Assembly (NCBI GenBank): GCA_014190615.1
Contig: BJGS01000002.1
Coordinates: 1 to 45,494, forward strand
Length of the DNA stretch: 45,494 bases
DNA from: Methylophilaceae bacterium
GTDB taxonomy: Bacteria; Pseudomonadota; Gammaproteobacteria; Burkholderiales; Methylophilaceae
Direction: 5' to 3'
Shown: positions 21,466 to 32,548 of the stretch, in pieces
Layout of the letters: each line of letters opens with the position of its first letter
How positions within the stretch are numbered: the stretch's first letter is position 1
The notes under the pieces: model-generated
What the model saw: only the letters and a program-made list of their open reading frames with translations
Database searches by the model: none
What the model was told of the DNA's origin: nothing
Program-made: the position numbers and the translations under genes

Positions 21466-22356
21466 TTAATACTTAAGATATTTTCGAGGGTCAAGTGATT
21501 CGCCATTCATTCTAATTTCGTAATGGAGATGGGGCCCTGTGGATCTTCCAGTATTACCTACAAGCGCTATAACTTGATTCTTTTTAATACGATCACCTTC
21601 TTTAACTAATAATTTGGATGCATGCGCATATCGCGTTTCAAGGCCAGATCCATGAGAAATACGTAACATATTGCCATATTCTGGAGTAACTTCAGCAGCA
21701 ATCACAATGCCTGCAGCCGTCGCCTTAATAGGCTGACCGACCTCTGAACTAAAATCTAATCCTTCATGAAACGCTCTCACGCCCAACAAAGGATCAACTC
21801 TCCAGCCATAACTAGATGAATTATAAGGGGCATTCACGGGCGTTGCATTAGGCAAAGTATCTTTCAATACGGTTTGCTTTAAATAAATAGCCTCTAAATT
21901 ATTGAAGTGCTCTTCGTGTTTTTCAATATCAAGTGTCAATTGATTAATAAAGGCTTGAAGCTCAGACTCAGAAAAATTTTTCTCGCTGACGAAGGGACCT
22001 CCTTGACCTGGCACTTTAGCGGGGTCGGCTTTGGGTAGCTTTTGATTTGGCTTCAATTTTTCTTTAGAAAAATCTTGAAGTCTTTGGGATTGGTTATCAA
22101 TACGCATCAGTCTTGCCTGAAGCTCGCCGATTTGAATCGCATAGATATCTAAATTCTTTTGAAAACTGCCTAAGTTAAGGTCAAGTTTAAGGTTTATTAA
22201 TGATTTTTTTTCTTCAACATCGCCGTTATATTTTGAGTCGAGCCAGTTAATAGCCTGAATGAGGGCGATGAATAGCAAAAAGATTATGGCAATAAAAGTC
22301 ATTGCATGGATACTTTTTGGCTTTGATGTACTATTTGTTACAAAGATAATTCGCAT
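21466..22356 (-). CDS. M23 family metallopeptidase
   Basis: N-terminal TM and coiled coil; HEGLD, YAH and GRSTGPHLHYE zinc motifs; usual position upstream of secA. Confidence 0.93.
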   Translation of the reverse strand: MRIIFVTNSTSKPKSIHAMTFIAIIFLLFIALIQAINWLDSKYNGDVEEKKSLINLKLDLNLGSFQKNLDIYAIQIGELQARLMRIDNQSQRLQDFSKEKLKPNQKLPKADPAKVPGQGGPFVSEKNFSESELQAFINQLTLDIEKHEEHFNNLEAIYLKQTVLKDTLPNATPVNAPYNSSSYGWRVDPLLGVRAFHEGLDFSSEVGQPIKATAAGIVIAAEVTPEYGNMLRISHGSGLETRYAHASKLLVKEGDRIKKNQVIALVGNTGRSTGPHLHYEIRMNGESLDPRKYLKY

Positions 22357-22398
22357 TGAGCTCTAAAATTTAGCCTAAATAATAGATAATTATAACTT

Positions 22399-22842
22399 AT
22401 GAAGCCTGTGAACAAGCTTTTGGAAAGTGAAGTATTTTCCCTAATAAGAGAGAAAAATCGCTCTATTTCTAGCTATCAAAAGTTATGGGTCATGAAAGCA
22501 CCGAGTAAATTATCCTCTCTCTCTCATGTTGGGGGAATTCAAAATGATGTTTTGACTGTATATGTTGAAAATAGTGGTATTGCGAGTAAATTAAAATTTA
22601 TTGAATCCACACTAGTCAGAGATCTAAATGAGTCGATTCAAAAAGAAATGCCCTATGCCAACCCAATTAAATCCTTAAAAATAAAATTAATTATTAAGAA
22701 TTCAAAAGCTACCCCTTTAAGGTCAAAAAGTATTCCCGCTCAAGCCAAGCTTGCTTTTGAAAATTTGTTAAATCATCTTGAGGAGTCGCCTTTAAAACTT
22801 CGTCTCATTAAGTTCATTAAGCATCATGCAGATAATGACTGA
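22399..22842 (+). CDS. DUF721/DciA family protein (putative replicative helicase loader)
   Basis: W...LTVYVENSGIASKLKF...LVRDLN...IKSLKIK pattern; divergent from M23-secA as in betaproteobacterial synteny. Confidence 0.7.
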   Translation: MKPVNKLLESEVFSLIREKNRSISSYQKLWVMKAPSKLSSLSHVGGIQNDVLTVYVENSGIASKLKFIESTLVRDLNESIQKEMPYANPIKSLKIKLIIKNSKATPLRSKSIPAQAKLAFENLLNHLEESPLKLRLIKFIKHHADND

Positions 22843-23629
22843 ACTTATTATTCTTATACTCACTGGCAGCTTCGTAGGAATTCTATCAGGCCTCCTAGGT
22901 ATTGGTGGTGGTCTTATTATTGTACCGGCACTTACTTTTGTTTTAATGCATTTTCATGATGTCGCATTTAATCAAGCCATATTAATGGCTATTGGGACGT
23001 CACTCGCATCGATTATTTTTACAGCAGCGATGTCGAGTTACTTTCATAAAAAAAGAAATAATATGGACTGGTTCATAGTAGTAAATTATATTCCTGGCGT
23101 TTTATTAGGCGCCTCTGTCATGGCTTTAATCATCCCGCATTTAAATATTACATTTATTAAACATTCATTCATTATCTATACTTTTATTGCTGCTTATGAA
23201 ATCGCTAAATCGCCAAAAATAAAAAGTGTAGTTCAATTACCAACCTTTATTTTGGCTAACTTTTATGGATTTATCATAGCCTCTATTTCAACAATCATTG
23301 GGATTGGGGGCGGCACGATGTTTGTTCCTTATTTTATTTACCATAAAGTTAATCCACGACTTGCTGTTGCACTTTCGAGCTCTTTAGCTATTTTTATAGG
23401 CTTAGGTGCCACATTTGGATTTATAAAAAATGGCTTACATGTCGACCATTTGCCAGAATTCAGCATTGGTTATATTTATTTGCCTGGTCTTTTACTAATT
23501 ACCTCATCAAGCCTCATTTTTGTGAGGCTCGCTACAAAATGGATTCATCAAATTTCTGTTTTATCTTTAAAAAGACTATTTGCCTGTCTATTATTTTTAA
23601 TCGGCTTGTCAATGCTTTTTACAGGGTAA
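22826..23629 (+). CDS. Sulfite exporter TauE/SafE (TSUP) family permease
   Basis: Duplicated GLLGIGGG / IIGIGGG motifs, AIGTSLA, about 8 TM segments. Confidence 0.9.
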   Translation: MQIMTELIILILTGSFVGILSGLLGIGGGLIIVPALTFVLMHFHDVAFNQAILMAIGTSLASIIFTAAMSSYFHKKRNNMDWFIVVNYIPGVLLGASVMALIIPHLNITFIKHSFIIYTFIAAYEIAKSPKIKSVVQLPTFILANFYGFIIASISTIIGIGGGTMFVPYFIYHKVNPRLAVALSSSLAIFIGLGATFGFIKNGLHVDHLPEFSIGYIYLPGLLLITSSSLIFVRLATKWIHQISVLSLKRLFACLLFLIGLSMLFTG

Positions 23630-23732
23630 TCTTTAATTAAAAGATATAGTTTTATAGTGACAAAGTTATTCAATGTGATAATTTATTGCTTAAGTTTTTT
23701 ATTTTTAAGATTTCCAAAATTTAGGAGAATGT

Positions 23733-25757
23733 ATGTCAGAACTTAACCTTATTATTGGTGCAGCGCTATTAGCAATTCTTTATGGTGCGGTCATGAGCGC
23801 CTGGATATTTAAACTTCCTGCAGGTAATGCAAAAATGCAGGCTATTGCTCTTGCCATTCAAGAAGGTGCTAAAGCCTATCTTGCAAGACAATATAAAGCT
23901 ATTTCAATTGTAGGTATCGTTTTAGCTGTGCTCATTGGTATCTTCATATCAAAAGATACCGCAATAGGTTTTGTGATTGGCGCATTTCTCTCTGGTGCCT
24001 GCGGATTTATTGGTATGAACGTATCCGTTAAGGCTAATGTTCGAACAGCGCAAGCAGCCACAAAAGGTATCGTTCCGGCTCTTGATGTTGCTTTCAAAGG
24101 TGGCGCTATTACAGGTCTCTTAGTTGTAGGTCTTGGTTTACTTGGTGTCACAGGTTTTTATATGTACCTGGGTGGTGCTGAAGCAACTAATTTAAATCCT
24201 CTAATTGGGCTCGCGTTTGGCTCCTCACTTATTTCAATTTTTGCCCGTTTAGGTGGCGGTATCTTTACTAAAGGCGCTGATGTAGGTGCCGACTTAGTGG
24301 GTAAAGTTGAAGCTGGTATTCCAGAAGATGATCCAAGAAATCCTGCTGTGATTGCAGATAACGTCGGTGATAATGTTGGTGATTGCGCAGGTATGGCAGC
24401 AGATTTATTCGAAACTTATGCGGTAACTTTAATTGCAACCATGCTGCTTGGCGGGCTCGTGATTACAAACAATGGTGCAAACGGAATTATTTATCCACTT
24501 CTGTTAGGCGCAGTTTCTATCGTGACATCGATTGTTGGATGTTTCTTTGTAAGAGCTACTCCTAAAATGAAAAATGTAATGCCTGCTTTATATAAAGGTC
24601 TCATCGTAGCCGGCGGACTTTCGCTTATAGCTTTCTACTATGTAACAAACTTTGTATTTCCTGAAGGCGTTTCAATCCAAAATGTAAACGTTTCATCTAT
24701 GGCTTTATTTCAAGCATGCATTGTAGGTCTGGTATTAACGGCAGCTTTGGTATGGATTACGGAATATTATACTGGCACAGATTATGAGCCGGTAAGGCAC
24801 GTTGCACGTGCTTCCAAAACAGGTCACGCAACAAACATTATTGCTGGTATTGGCATTTCAATGAAATCAACAGCCCTTCCTGTGTTGTCTGTATGTGTTG
24901 CAATTTTTGTATCTCATCATCTTGCAGGTCTTTATGGTGTCGCAGTTGCTGCCACATCTATGTTAAGTATGGCTGGCATTATTGTCGCATTAGATGCATA
25001 TGGTCCAATTACTGATAACGCAGGTGGTATTGCTGAAATGGCTGGATTACCTAAAAGCGTTCGTGATGTAACTGATCCATTAGATGCGGTTGGTAATACA
25101 ACTAAAGCAGTCACTAAAGGTTATGCGATAGGATCAGCCGGCCTTGCTGCTCTTGTTCTTTTTGCAGACTACACACATAAATTAGAATCTGTAGGTATTG
25201 CAACCACATTTGATCTAAGTGACCCGTTAGTTATTATTGGATTAATTATTGGCGGTCTTATTCCTTACCTTTTTGCTGCGATGGCCATGGAAGCTGTAGG
25301 AAGAGCTGCAGGAGCAGTAGTTGAAGAAGTCAGACGTCAATTCAAAACTATCAAGGGCATCATGACTGGTAAAGGTAAGCCTGATTATGCTCGCGCAGTT
25401 GATATGTTAACCACAGCAGCTATTAAGGAAATGATTGTACCTTCATTGCTTCCAGTTGCAATTCCAATTGTTGTGGGCTTAACTTTAGGCCCTAAAGCAT
25501 TAGGCGGGCTTCTCATGGGAACGATTGTTACCGGCTTATTTGTTGCTATCTCGATGTGCACAGGTGGTGGTGCTTGGGATAATGCAAAAAAATATATTGA
25601 AGATGGTAATCACGGCGGTAAAGGTTCAGAGGCTCATAAAGCAGCTATTACAGGAGACACTGTAGGTGATCCTTATAAAGATACCGCAGGTCCTGCCATT
25701 AATCCGCTTATTAAAATTATTAATATTGTGGCGCTTCTAATTGTGCCACTTCTTTAA
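23733..25757 (+). CDS. hppA: Membrane-bound H+-translocating pyrophosphatase, K+-independent type
   Basis: [35 protein letters not shown] (Lys at the K+-independence position), [10 protein letters not shown]; AGGAG RBS. Confidence 0.95.
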   Translation: MSELNLIIGAALLAILYGAVMSAWIFKLPAGNAKMQAIALAIQEGAKAYLARQYKAISIVGIVLAVLIGIFISKDTAIGFVIGAFLSGACGFIGMNVSVKANVRTAQAATKGIVPALDVAFKGGAITGLLVVGLGLLGVTGFYMYLGGAEATNLNPLIGLAFGSSLISIFARLGGGIFTKGADVGADLVGKVEAGIPEDDPRNPAVIADNVGDNVGDCAGMAADLFETYAVTLIATMLLGGLVITNNGANGIIYPLLLGAVSIVTSIVGCFFVRATPKMKNVMPALYKGLIVAGGLSLIAFYYVTNFVFPEGVSIQNVNVSSMALFQACIVGLVLTAALVWITEYYTGTDYEPVRHVARASKTGHATNIIAGIGISMKSTALPVLSVCVAIFVSHHLAGLYGVAVAATSMLSMAGIIVALDAYGPITDNAGGIAEMAGLPKSVRDVTDPLDAVGNTTKAVTKGYAIGSAGLAALVLFADYTHKLESVGIATTFDLSDPLVIIGLIIGGLIPYLFAAMAMEAVGRAAGAVVEEVRRQFKTIKGIMTGKGKPDYARAVDMLTTAAIKEMIVPSLLPVAIPIVVGLTLGPKALGGLLMGTIVTGLFVAISMCTGGGAWDNAKKYIEDGNHGGKGSEAHKAAITGDTVGDPYKDTAGPAINPLIKIINIVALLIVPLL

Positions 25758-25773
25758 TTTTAATGTTTAAATT

Positions 25774-25806
25774 AAAAGGCGCTTTTTAAAGCGCCTTATT
25801 TATTTT
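25774..25806. terminator. Bidirectional intrinsic terminator (hppA / purC)
   Basis: AAAAGGCGCTTT-TT-AAAGCGCCTTATTTATTTT between convergent genes. Confidence 0.85.
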
Positions 25807-26705
25807 TACCTTTTAATATCTTGCCCTGTCAATTTTCTAAAAGCTTCTAAATATTTTTCACTTGTTTTATTAATCACATCATCTGGGAGTGCCGGTGGTG
25901 GTGCAGTTTTATTCCATCCACTTTTCTCTAACCAGTCTCTTATAAATTGTTTATCAAAACTTGGTTGCGAAGCGCCTTCTTGATACTGATCGAGCGGCCA
26001 AAAACGTGATGAATCTGGCGTTAATATTTCATCAATCAGCACTAAATGATTTTGCTCATCCAAACCAAATTCAAATTTAGTATCGGCAATAATAATGCCT
26101 TTCGTAAGCGCAAAAGAAGCTGCTTCTTGATATAACTGAATACTAATTTTTTTAATGCGAGATGTAATATCTTTTCCTATACGCGCTTCACATTCTTCAT
26201 ATGAAATATTTTCATCGTGTCTACCAACTGCTTCTTTACTAGAAGGTGTAAATATGGGCTCACTTAATTTTGCAGACTCTTTTAAGCCTTGCGGAAGTTT
26301 TATGCCACATACTGATTGTGTTTTTTGATAATCTTTCCAACCACTTCCTGATAAATACCCTCGAATAATTGCTTCAATAGGTAGTGCTTTTAATTTTCTC
26401 GCCACAATGGCACGATTTTTTACTTGAATTACTTCATTTTCGGCTACAACACTTTCCGGTATAGTTCCTGACAAATGATTTGCAACTACAAAGGAAAGTT
26501 TATTAAACCAAAAGTCAGCCATTTGCGTAAGAACTAATCCCTTAAATGGAATAGGTTCTCTCATCACAACGTCAAATGCAGATAATCGATCTGTTGTAAC
26601 AATCAATAGATGTTTATCATCAATCTCATAAATATCTCTCACCTTGCCTTTATGAAGCAAGGGGAGGCTTTTTATTGATGTCGCTATTAATTGATTTTCA
26701 GACAT
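25806..26705 (-). CDS. purC: Phosphoribosylaminoimidazole-succinocarboxamide synthase
   Basis: GKVRDIY, TDRLSAFD, IADTKFEFG, DEILTPDSSRFW, SFDKQFIRDWL. Confidence 0.97.
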   Translation of the reverse strand: MSENQLIATSIKSLPLLHKGKVRDIYEIDDKHLLIVTTDRLSAFDVVMREPIPFKGLVLTQMADFWFNKLSFVVANHLSGTIPESVVAENEVIQVKNRAIVARKLKALPIEAIIRGYLSGSGWKDYQKTQSVCGIKLPQGLKESAKLSEPIFTPSSKEAVGRHDENISYEECEARIGKDITSRIKKISIQLYQEAASFALTKGIIIADTKFEFGLDEQNHLVLIDEILTPDSSRFWPLDQYQEGASQPSFDKQFIRDWLEKSGWNKTAPPPALPDDVINKTSEKYLEAFRKLTGQDIKR

Positions 26706-27881
26706 TCAAAATCTTCTTTCTAAGATTTCAATTGCAGGAAGTTTTTTGCCTTCTGCAAACTCTAAAAATGCACCGCCTGCTGTTGAAATATATGAAATAT
26801 CATTTGCAACGTTAAATTTTTCAATCGCAGCAATAGTGTCACCACCGCCTGCTAATGAAAATGCTGGCACGTCTGCAATTGCTCGCGTCATGGTTTCGGT
26901 GCCTTTTGCAAACTGATCAAATTCAAATACACCGATGGGACCATTCCAAATAATAGTTTTTGCATTGCGTATACATTTCACGATTACATCTACCGAGTCT
27001 TTGCCTAGATCAAAGATCATGTCATCTTTACTAACGTCTTTAATATTTTTTGTTATTGCTCTTTCATTTGCATCTAACTTCTTACCACAAACTACATCTG
27101 AAATAACAGGCAACGATGCTCCTCGCTTAGATAGTTTATCTATAATTTTTTTTGCTGCAGGAACGAGCTCTTCTTCATACATGGAGCTTCCAACTTCGAA
27201 GCCCATTGCCTTGATAAAGGTATTCGCAATCCCACCACCAACGATGAGCTGATCAACTTTGTCAGACAATGTATCTAATATACTTAACTTAGATGAAACT
27301 TTGCTGCCCCCCACAATAGCAATCATCGGTCTTGAAGGATTTAATAAGGCTTTTTCAAGAGCCTCTAGTTCAGCCAAAAATAAAATACCTGCACATGCGA
27401 TATCTATGTGTTCTGCAATACCGTAAGTTGATGCTTCTTTGCGATGGGCAGTTCCAAATGCATCCATGACAAAAATATCTGCGAATGAAGCATATTTTTT
27501 TGCTAATACGTCTTCATTTCGTTTCTCGCCAATATTAAATCTACAATTCTCTAAAACTATTAATTGGCCTGGAGCTATATCAAAGGGTGTTTTAATCCAA
27601 TCCGAAACAAGGCGAACAGGATAATCAAGATGGTTTTTTAAGAACTCCACTACGGGCTGTAAAGAATCATTCTCATTAAATTTTCCTTCTTCTGGCCTAC
27701 CTAGATGAGACGTCACCATAACACTGGCACCTTTTTGAAGTGCAAATGTAATACTCGGAATAGAAGCTAGAATTCTTTTAGGGGAAGTAATTTTCCCATC
27801 TTGAATAGGGACATTCAAGTCAGAGCGAATAAAAACTCTTTTATCTTTAAGATTTAAATCAATTAATCTTTTGATATTCAT
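26706..27881 (-). CDS. pgk: Phosphoglycerate kinase
   Basis: RSDLNVP, SHLGRP, LENCRF, DAFGTAHR, GGGDT, STAGGAFLE. Confidence 0.97.
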   Translation of the reverse strand: MNIKRLIDLNLKDKRVFIRSDLNVPIQDGKITSPKRILASIPSITFALQKGASVMVTSHLGRPEEGKFNENDSLQPVVEFLKNHLDYPVRLVSDWIKTPFDIAPGQLIVLENCRFNIGEKRNEDVLAKKYASFADIFVMDAFGTAHRKEASTYGIAEHIDIACAGILFLAELEALEKALLNPSRPMIAIVGGSKVSSKLSILDTLSDKVDQLIVGGGIANTFIKAMGFEVGSSMYEEELVPAAKKIIDKLSKRGASLPVISDVVCGKKLDANERAITKNIKDVSKDDMIFDLGKDSVDVIVKCIRNAKTIIWNGPIGVFEFDQFAKGTETMTRAIADVPAFSLAGGGDTIAAIEKFNVANDISYISTAGGAFLEFAEGKKLPAIEILERRF

Positions 27882-27891
27882 TAATCAAATA

Positions 27892-28911
27892 TTATTTAGC
27901 TGCCATCATAGCTAAGGCTGTATCAATCATGCGGCAACTAAAGCCCCATTCATTGTCATACCAGCCAAAGACTTTTACGAGTAATCCGTCTTCACTTACT
28001 TTAGTTAAATTCGCATCAAAATAAGAAGAAGCTTCTGTATGATTAAAATCGACTGAAACTAAAGGCTCATCATTGTAAATTAATATGTTCTTTAAACTGC
28101 CTTGATTAGCCGCTTCTTTCATGATGCGATTGATTTCTTCTTTTGAGGTTGCTTTCTTTGGTATGAATGTAAGATCAATTAATGAAACATTTTGCGTTGG
28201 CACTCTAATAGCAATCCCATCAAGCTTACCTTTAAGTTCAGGTATTACTAAGCTAATAGCTTCTGCTGCTCCTGTTTTCGTGGGTATCATAGAAGCCGTT
28301 GCTGATCGAGCTCTTCTTGAGTCTTTATGATAATGATCATTCAAATATTGATCATTTGTATATGAATGAATAGTTGTCATTAGGCCACTTACAATACCTA
28401 ATTTATCATGCAAGGGTTTAACAATAGGGGCTAATCCATTTGTTGTGCACGAAGCATTTGAAATTACCTGATCTGAAGATTTTAAAATATGATGATTAAC
28501 CCCATAAACTATTGTTGCATCAACATCTTCACCTCCAGGTGCTGAAATAATGACTTTTTTTGCGCCTTGTTTAATGTGTATCATTGACAGCTCTTTACTT
28601 GTGAAGGCGCCTGAACATTCCATCACTACATCCACATTTAAATCGCCCCAAGGTAATTCTTTTGGATTTCTGGTGCTATAAAATTTAATAGTGTCGTCGT
28701 TCACGATAATTTCGTGATCATTTGTCTTAATTTCTGCATTAAATCTTCCATGCGCACTATCATATTTAAGTAAATGCGCATTGGAAACTGAATCGCCACG
28801 ACTCGAATTAATAGCAACAACTTTAATATCTTGACGATTTGTTTCATAAATCGCTCTTAATATTAAACGGCCAATTCTTCCAAATCCTGTGATTGCTAAA
28901 TTAACTGCCAT
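27892..28911 (-). CDS. gap: Type I glyceraldehyde-3-phosphate dehydrogenase
   Basis: [32 protein letters not shown]. Confidence 0.95.
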   Translation of the reverse strand: MAVNLAITGFGRIGRLILRAIYETNRQDIKVVAINSSRGDSVSNAHLLKYDSAHGRFNAEIKTNDHEIIVNDDTIKFYSTRNPKELPWGDLNVDVVMECSGAFTSKELSMIHIKQGAKKVIISAPGGEDVDATIVYGVNHHILKSSDQVISNASCTTNGLAPIVKPLHDKLGIVSGLMTTIHSYTNDQYLNDHYHKDSRRARSATASMIPTKTGAAEAISLVIPELKGKLDGIAIRVPTQNVSLIDLTFIPKKATSKEEINRIMKEAANQGSLKNILIYNDEPLVSVDFNHTEASSYFDANLTKVSEDGLLVKVFGWYDNEWGFSCRMIDTALAMMAAK

Positions 28912-28925
28912 AAAGATTTCCTCGG

Positions 28926-28962
28926 TAAAAAATAAGGCATCTCAAATTTGAGATGCCTTATT
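28926..28962 (-). terminator. Intrinsic terminator between tkt and gap
   Basis: Perfect 32-bp palindrome AATAAGGCATCTCAAA|TTTGAGATGCCTTATT (28931-28962), followed on the minus strand by a T-tract. Confidence 0.8.
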
Positions 28963-28980
28963 CAACTTACTCAATAATAA

Positions 28981-30972
28981 TTACAGAATTGATTTAACAG
29001 TTGAAACGACATTTTCTACTGTAAATCCAAAGTGTTTAAATAATGCGCCACCAGGTGCTGACTCGCCAAATGTATCAATACCAACAGCTGCACCGTCTAG
29101 ACCAATATATTTTCTCCAGAAATCGGTAACGCCTGCTTCAATCGATACACGTTTTACCCCTTTAGTTAATACGCTATCTTTGTATACCTGATCTTGACGA
29201 TCAAACACATTTGTTGAAGGCATAGAAACAACTCTAGCATTAATATTTTGCTCCTTGAGCGCTGTTTGTGATTTCAATGCAAGATCAATTTCCGATCCAG
29301 TTGCAATGAGGATCACATCTGCTTTGCCGCCTTCTGATTCTGCTAAGACATAACCACCCTTGCGAATTAGATCTATTTGCGTATCAGTTCTTTTTGTAAA
29401 CGAAGTATTTTGTCGGCTTAAGACTAAGCTCGTTGGGTTATGAATACTTTCAACAGCCACCACCCAAGCCACCGCAGTTTCAGTTGAATCTGCTGGTCTC
29501 CAAACATCCATTCTTGGAATATAACGAAGTCCTGAAGTGTTTTCGATTGGTTGATGTGTTGGACCATCTTCACCCTGACCAATTGAATCATGCGTTAACA
29601 CATAGATCACTCTTTGTTTCATAAGCGCTGCCATTCTCATACCATTCTTCATATAGTCAGTGAAAATATGGAAGGTGCCACCAAAAGGAAGTATGCCGCC
29701 ATGAAGCGCCATACCGTTCATAATAGCTGCCATACCAAATTCACGAACGCCATAAGAAATATAATTGCCTGGTGTCTTTCCGCTTACGTGCTGAAAAGAT
29801 GAACAGCTTGTTAAATTAGATCCTGTTAAGTCTGCTGAACCACCCACAAATTCTGGCAATATTGGTGCAAGGGCCGCAATAGCGTTTTGTGAAGCTTTAC
29901 GCGTCGCTAATACTTCAGCTTTTTCATTTACTGATTTAATCATGGCATCTGTTGATGCTTTCCAATTTTTTGGAAGATCACCCTTCATGCGACGTTTAAA
30001 TTCAGCTGCTAAATCTGGGAATTCTTTTTCGTAAGCTGCGAATTTATCGTTCCATGCTGCTTCAGCTTTTGCACCTTTATCCTTAGCGCTCCATCCTGCA
30101 TATACGTCTTCAGGAATTACAAAAGGATCGTGCTTCCAACCAATGGCTTCTCTTGTAGCAGCAACTTCAGCATCACCTAATGCTGACCCATGACAATCAT
30201 GTGATCCAGATTTGTTAGGTGAGCCTTTGCCGATAATAGTTTTACAACAAATTAATGACGGCTTATCTGTGATTTTCTTAGCCGCTTCAACTGCTTTATT
30301 GATGGCTTCAAAATCATGGCCATCTATATTTGGAATTACATGCCAACCATATGATTCAAAACGTTTAGCTGTATCGTCTGTATACCAACCTTCGATGTGA
30401 CCATCGATAGAAATACCGTTGTCATCCCAGAATGCAATTAAATTTCCAAGGCCCCATGTTCCTGCAAGGGCAGAAGCTTCATGAGAAACTCCTTCCATCA
30501 TACAACCGTCACCTAAAAATACATATGTGTGGTGATCTACAATTTTATGATTGGGTTTATTAAATTGGTTAGCGAGTAATTTTTCTGCCATTGCGAAACC
30601 TACCGCATTACTTATGCCCTGACCTAAAGGTCCTGTGGTTGTTTCAACACCAGGTGCATAACCGTATTCGGGGTGGCCTGCACATTTAGAATGAAGTTGA
30701 CGGAATGTTTTGATTTCGTCCATCGGTAAATCGTAACCTGTGAGATGAAGTAATGAATAAATCAACATCGATCCATGGCCATTTGAAAGAATAAAACGAT
30801 CACGATTAGCCCAGTTTGGATTAGAAGGGTTATGTTGTAAATGATGATTCCATAAAACCTCTGCAATTTCAGCCATACCCATCGGCGCGCCTGGGTGTCC
30901 TGAGTTTGCTTTTTGAACTGCATCCATTGATAACGCACGAATTGCGTTAGCTAAATCTTGACGTGTTGCCAT
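28981..30972 (-). CDS. tkt: Transketolase
   Basis: [27 protein letters not shown] (TPP), [21 protein letters not shown]; GGAGG RBS. Confidence 0.98.
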   Translation of the reverse strand: MATRQDLANAIRALSMDAVQKANSGHPGAPMGMAEIAEVLWNHHLQHNPSNPNWANRDRFILSNGHGSMLIYSLLHLTGYDLPMDEIKTFRQLHSKCAGHPEYGYAPGVETTTGPLGQGISNAVGFAMAEKLLANQFNKPNHKIVDHHTYVFLGDGCMMEGVSHEASALAGTWGLGNLIAFWDDNGISIDGHIEGWYTDDTAKRFESYGWHVIPNIDGHDFEAINKAVEAAKKITDKPSLICCKTIIGKGSPNKSGSHDCHGSALGDAEVAATREAIGWKHDPFVIPEDVYAGWSAKDKGAKAEAAWNDKFAAYEKEFPDLAAEFKRRMKGDLPKNWKASTDAMIKSVNEKAEVLATRKASQNAIAALAPILPEFVGGSADLTGSNLTSCSSFQHVSGKTPGNYISYGVREFGMAAIMNGMALHGGILPFGGTFHIFTDYMKNGMRMAALMKQRVIYVLTHDSIGQGEDGPTHQPIENTSGLRYIPRMDVWRPADSTETAVAWVVAVESIHNPTSLVLSRQNTSFTKRTDTQIDLIRKGGYVLAESEGGKADVILIATGSEIDLALKSQTALKEQNINARVVSMPSTNVFDRQDQVYKDSVLTKGVKRVSIEAGVTDFWRKYIGLDGAAVGIDTFGESAPGGALFKHFGFTVENVVSTVKSIL

Positions 30973-31140
30973 TATTGCCTCCCGAAATTGACAGCATTAC
31001 AAATATTTTTTGAATATTTGTCTACTAAATGTAAAGTTAAAAAATTGATGTTATTTTTACCTAAATTATTGCTTAAATACCCCTTTTCAGCAAGGTGAAT
31101 AGGGTCTTTTTGCCCCTTGATTATTTCATCCAAATACTTT

Positions 31141-31695
31141 TCATTCTCGCCATTTAATCGAACAACCGATGCTAGATTTTTGCTCTAAGGGCCCTACTTG
31201 CTTTTCCGAAATATGCTTCATGGCTTCAAATAAATCTCGCGCGTTATCTGGAGGTGGTTCGCCACGGCCGGTAGCATCAAAACGTCCACGATACTGCAAT
31301 TCTAAGTTACGATTAAACCCATAAAAATCTGGCGTGCAGATCGCATTGAAAGCACGGGCAGTTTCCTGAGTGTGATCGATCACGTAAGGAAAAGAAAAAT
31401 CAAATTGATCTGCGATCAATTTCATATTCTCAAATGAGTCTTCTGGATAATTAACGGAGTCATTACTCTGAATAGCGATTGTTTCAATGCCTAAATCTTT
31501 TAACAAACGAATATCTTTGACGAGCCTCGGTAATATAGCTTTCACATAAGGGCAGTGATTACATATGAACATCACAACTAAACCATAAGGTCCTTTTGCT
31601 TTTTCTAAACTCCAATAGGTGCCATCTACACCTTCCAAATTAAAATCAATGGCTTTCCAACCAAAATCACAAAGAGGAGTATTTAAACTAGCCAT
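31141..31695 (-). CDS. Thioredoxin-fold AhpC/TSA (peroxiredoxin-like) protein
   Basis: MFICNHCPYV, YPEDSFENM, CTPDF, SIGCSIKW. Confidence 0.9.
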   Translation of the reverse strand: MASLNTPLCDFGWKAIDFNLEGVDGTYWSLEKAKGPYGLVVMFICNHCPYVKAILPRLVKDIRLLKDLGIETIAIQSNDSVNYPEDSFENMKLIADQFDFSFPYVIDHTQETARAFNAICTPDFYGFNRNLELQYRGRFDATGRGEPPPDNARDLFEAMKHISEKQVGPLEQKSSIGCSIKWRE

Positions 31696-31738
31696 GTTTT
31701 ATGCCTTAATATAGCTTACCTAATAAATAAAATTAACT

Positions 31739-32479
31739 ATGGAAGAAAATCGATTTTACCACTCTGAAAACCTAGAACTCAAACAAGTCGTTGAGTTAGG
31801 TTCACAAACCCATATTCACGCAACTAAAGTCTTAAGACTTAAAACGGGCGATAAATTCGCGCTTTTTAATGGTGATGGTTTTGACTATGTTGCTAAGGTG
31901 GCTGAAGTCACTAAACACAAAACACTTGTTGAAATTATTGATAAGTATGAAGTCAATCATGAGTCCCCTTTAACCATTACCCTTGCGCAAGGTCTTGCTG
32001 CAAGCGACAAAATGGACTGGATTATTCAAAAAGCGGTTGAGCTTGGCATCCAATCCATCCAACCTCTATTTACTGAGCGATCAATCGTTAAGCTGGATCG
32101 TGAAAGAGCAGATAAAAAACTGGAGCACTGGAGAACGGTGGCTCTTGCAGCATGTGAACAAACAGGACGAAGTGCTATTCCAAAAATTTTAAGCCCTCTT
32201 CCCTTAAGCCAATGGCTTAGTGATCAAGAGAAGCAAACTGAGACTTTGCGATTAATTCTCACGCCAGTCAAGGCACAAAATATTAATCATCTAAATCAAA
32301 AGCCTTCCTCTATTATTTTTATGGTGGGGCCTGAAGGAGGCTTCTCAGAAAAAGAAATGGCCTTAGCTTCCCATAGCGCTTTTATCCCGGTGAATTTTGG
32401 TGAGCGCATTTTAAGAACAGAAACGGCATCCATTGTGGCACTCTCCATTATGCAAAATTTATGGGGTGATTTTGCATAA
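31739..32479 (+). CDS. rsmE: 16S rRNA m3U1498 methyltransferase
   Basis: H..KVLRL, QKAVELG, ACEQTGR, VGPEGGFS, RILRTETA. Confidence 0.96.
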   Translation: MEENRFYHSENLELKQVVELGSQTHIHATKVLRLKTGDKFALFNGDGFDYVAKVAEVTKHKTLVEIIDKYEVNHESPLTITLAQGLAASDKMDWIIQKAVELGIQSIQPLFTERSIVKLDRERADKKLEHWRTVALAACEQTGRSAIPKILSPLPLSQWLSDQEKQTETLRLILTPVKAQNINHLNQKPSSIIFMVGPEGGFSEKEMALASHSAFIPVNFGERILRTETASIVALSIMQNLWGDFA

Positions 32480-32536
32480 AACGCAAAAAATTTGATATTT
32501 TTGTGAAAAATGTATGTAAAATATGCATTTTAAACA
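32473..32536. promoter_or_regulatory. Candidate operator boxes upstream of HTH-argA
   Basis: Three 13-bp pseudo-palindromes: TGCATAAAACGCA (32473), TGTAAAATATGCA (32515), TGCATTTTAAACA (32524). They lie near a TTGATA...TAAAAT promoter-like pair. Confidence 0.35.
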
Positions 32537-32548
32537 AATTATTAAATT

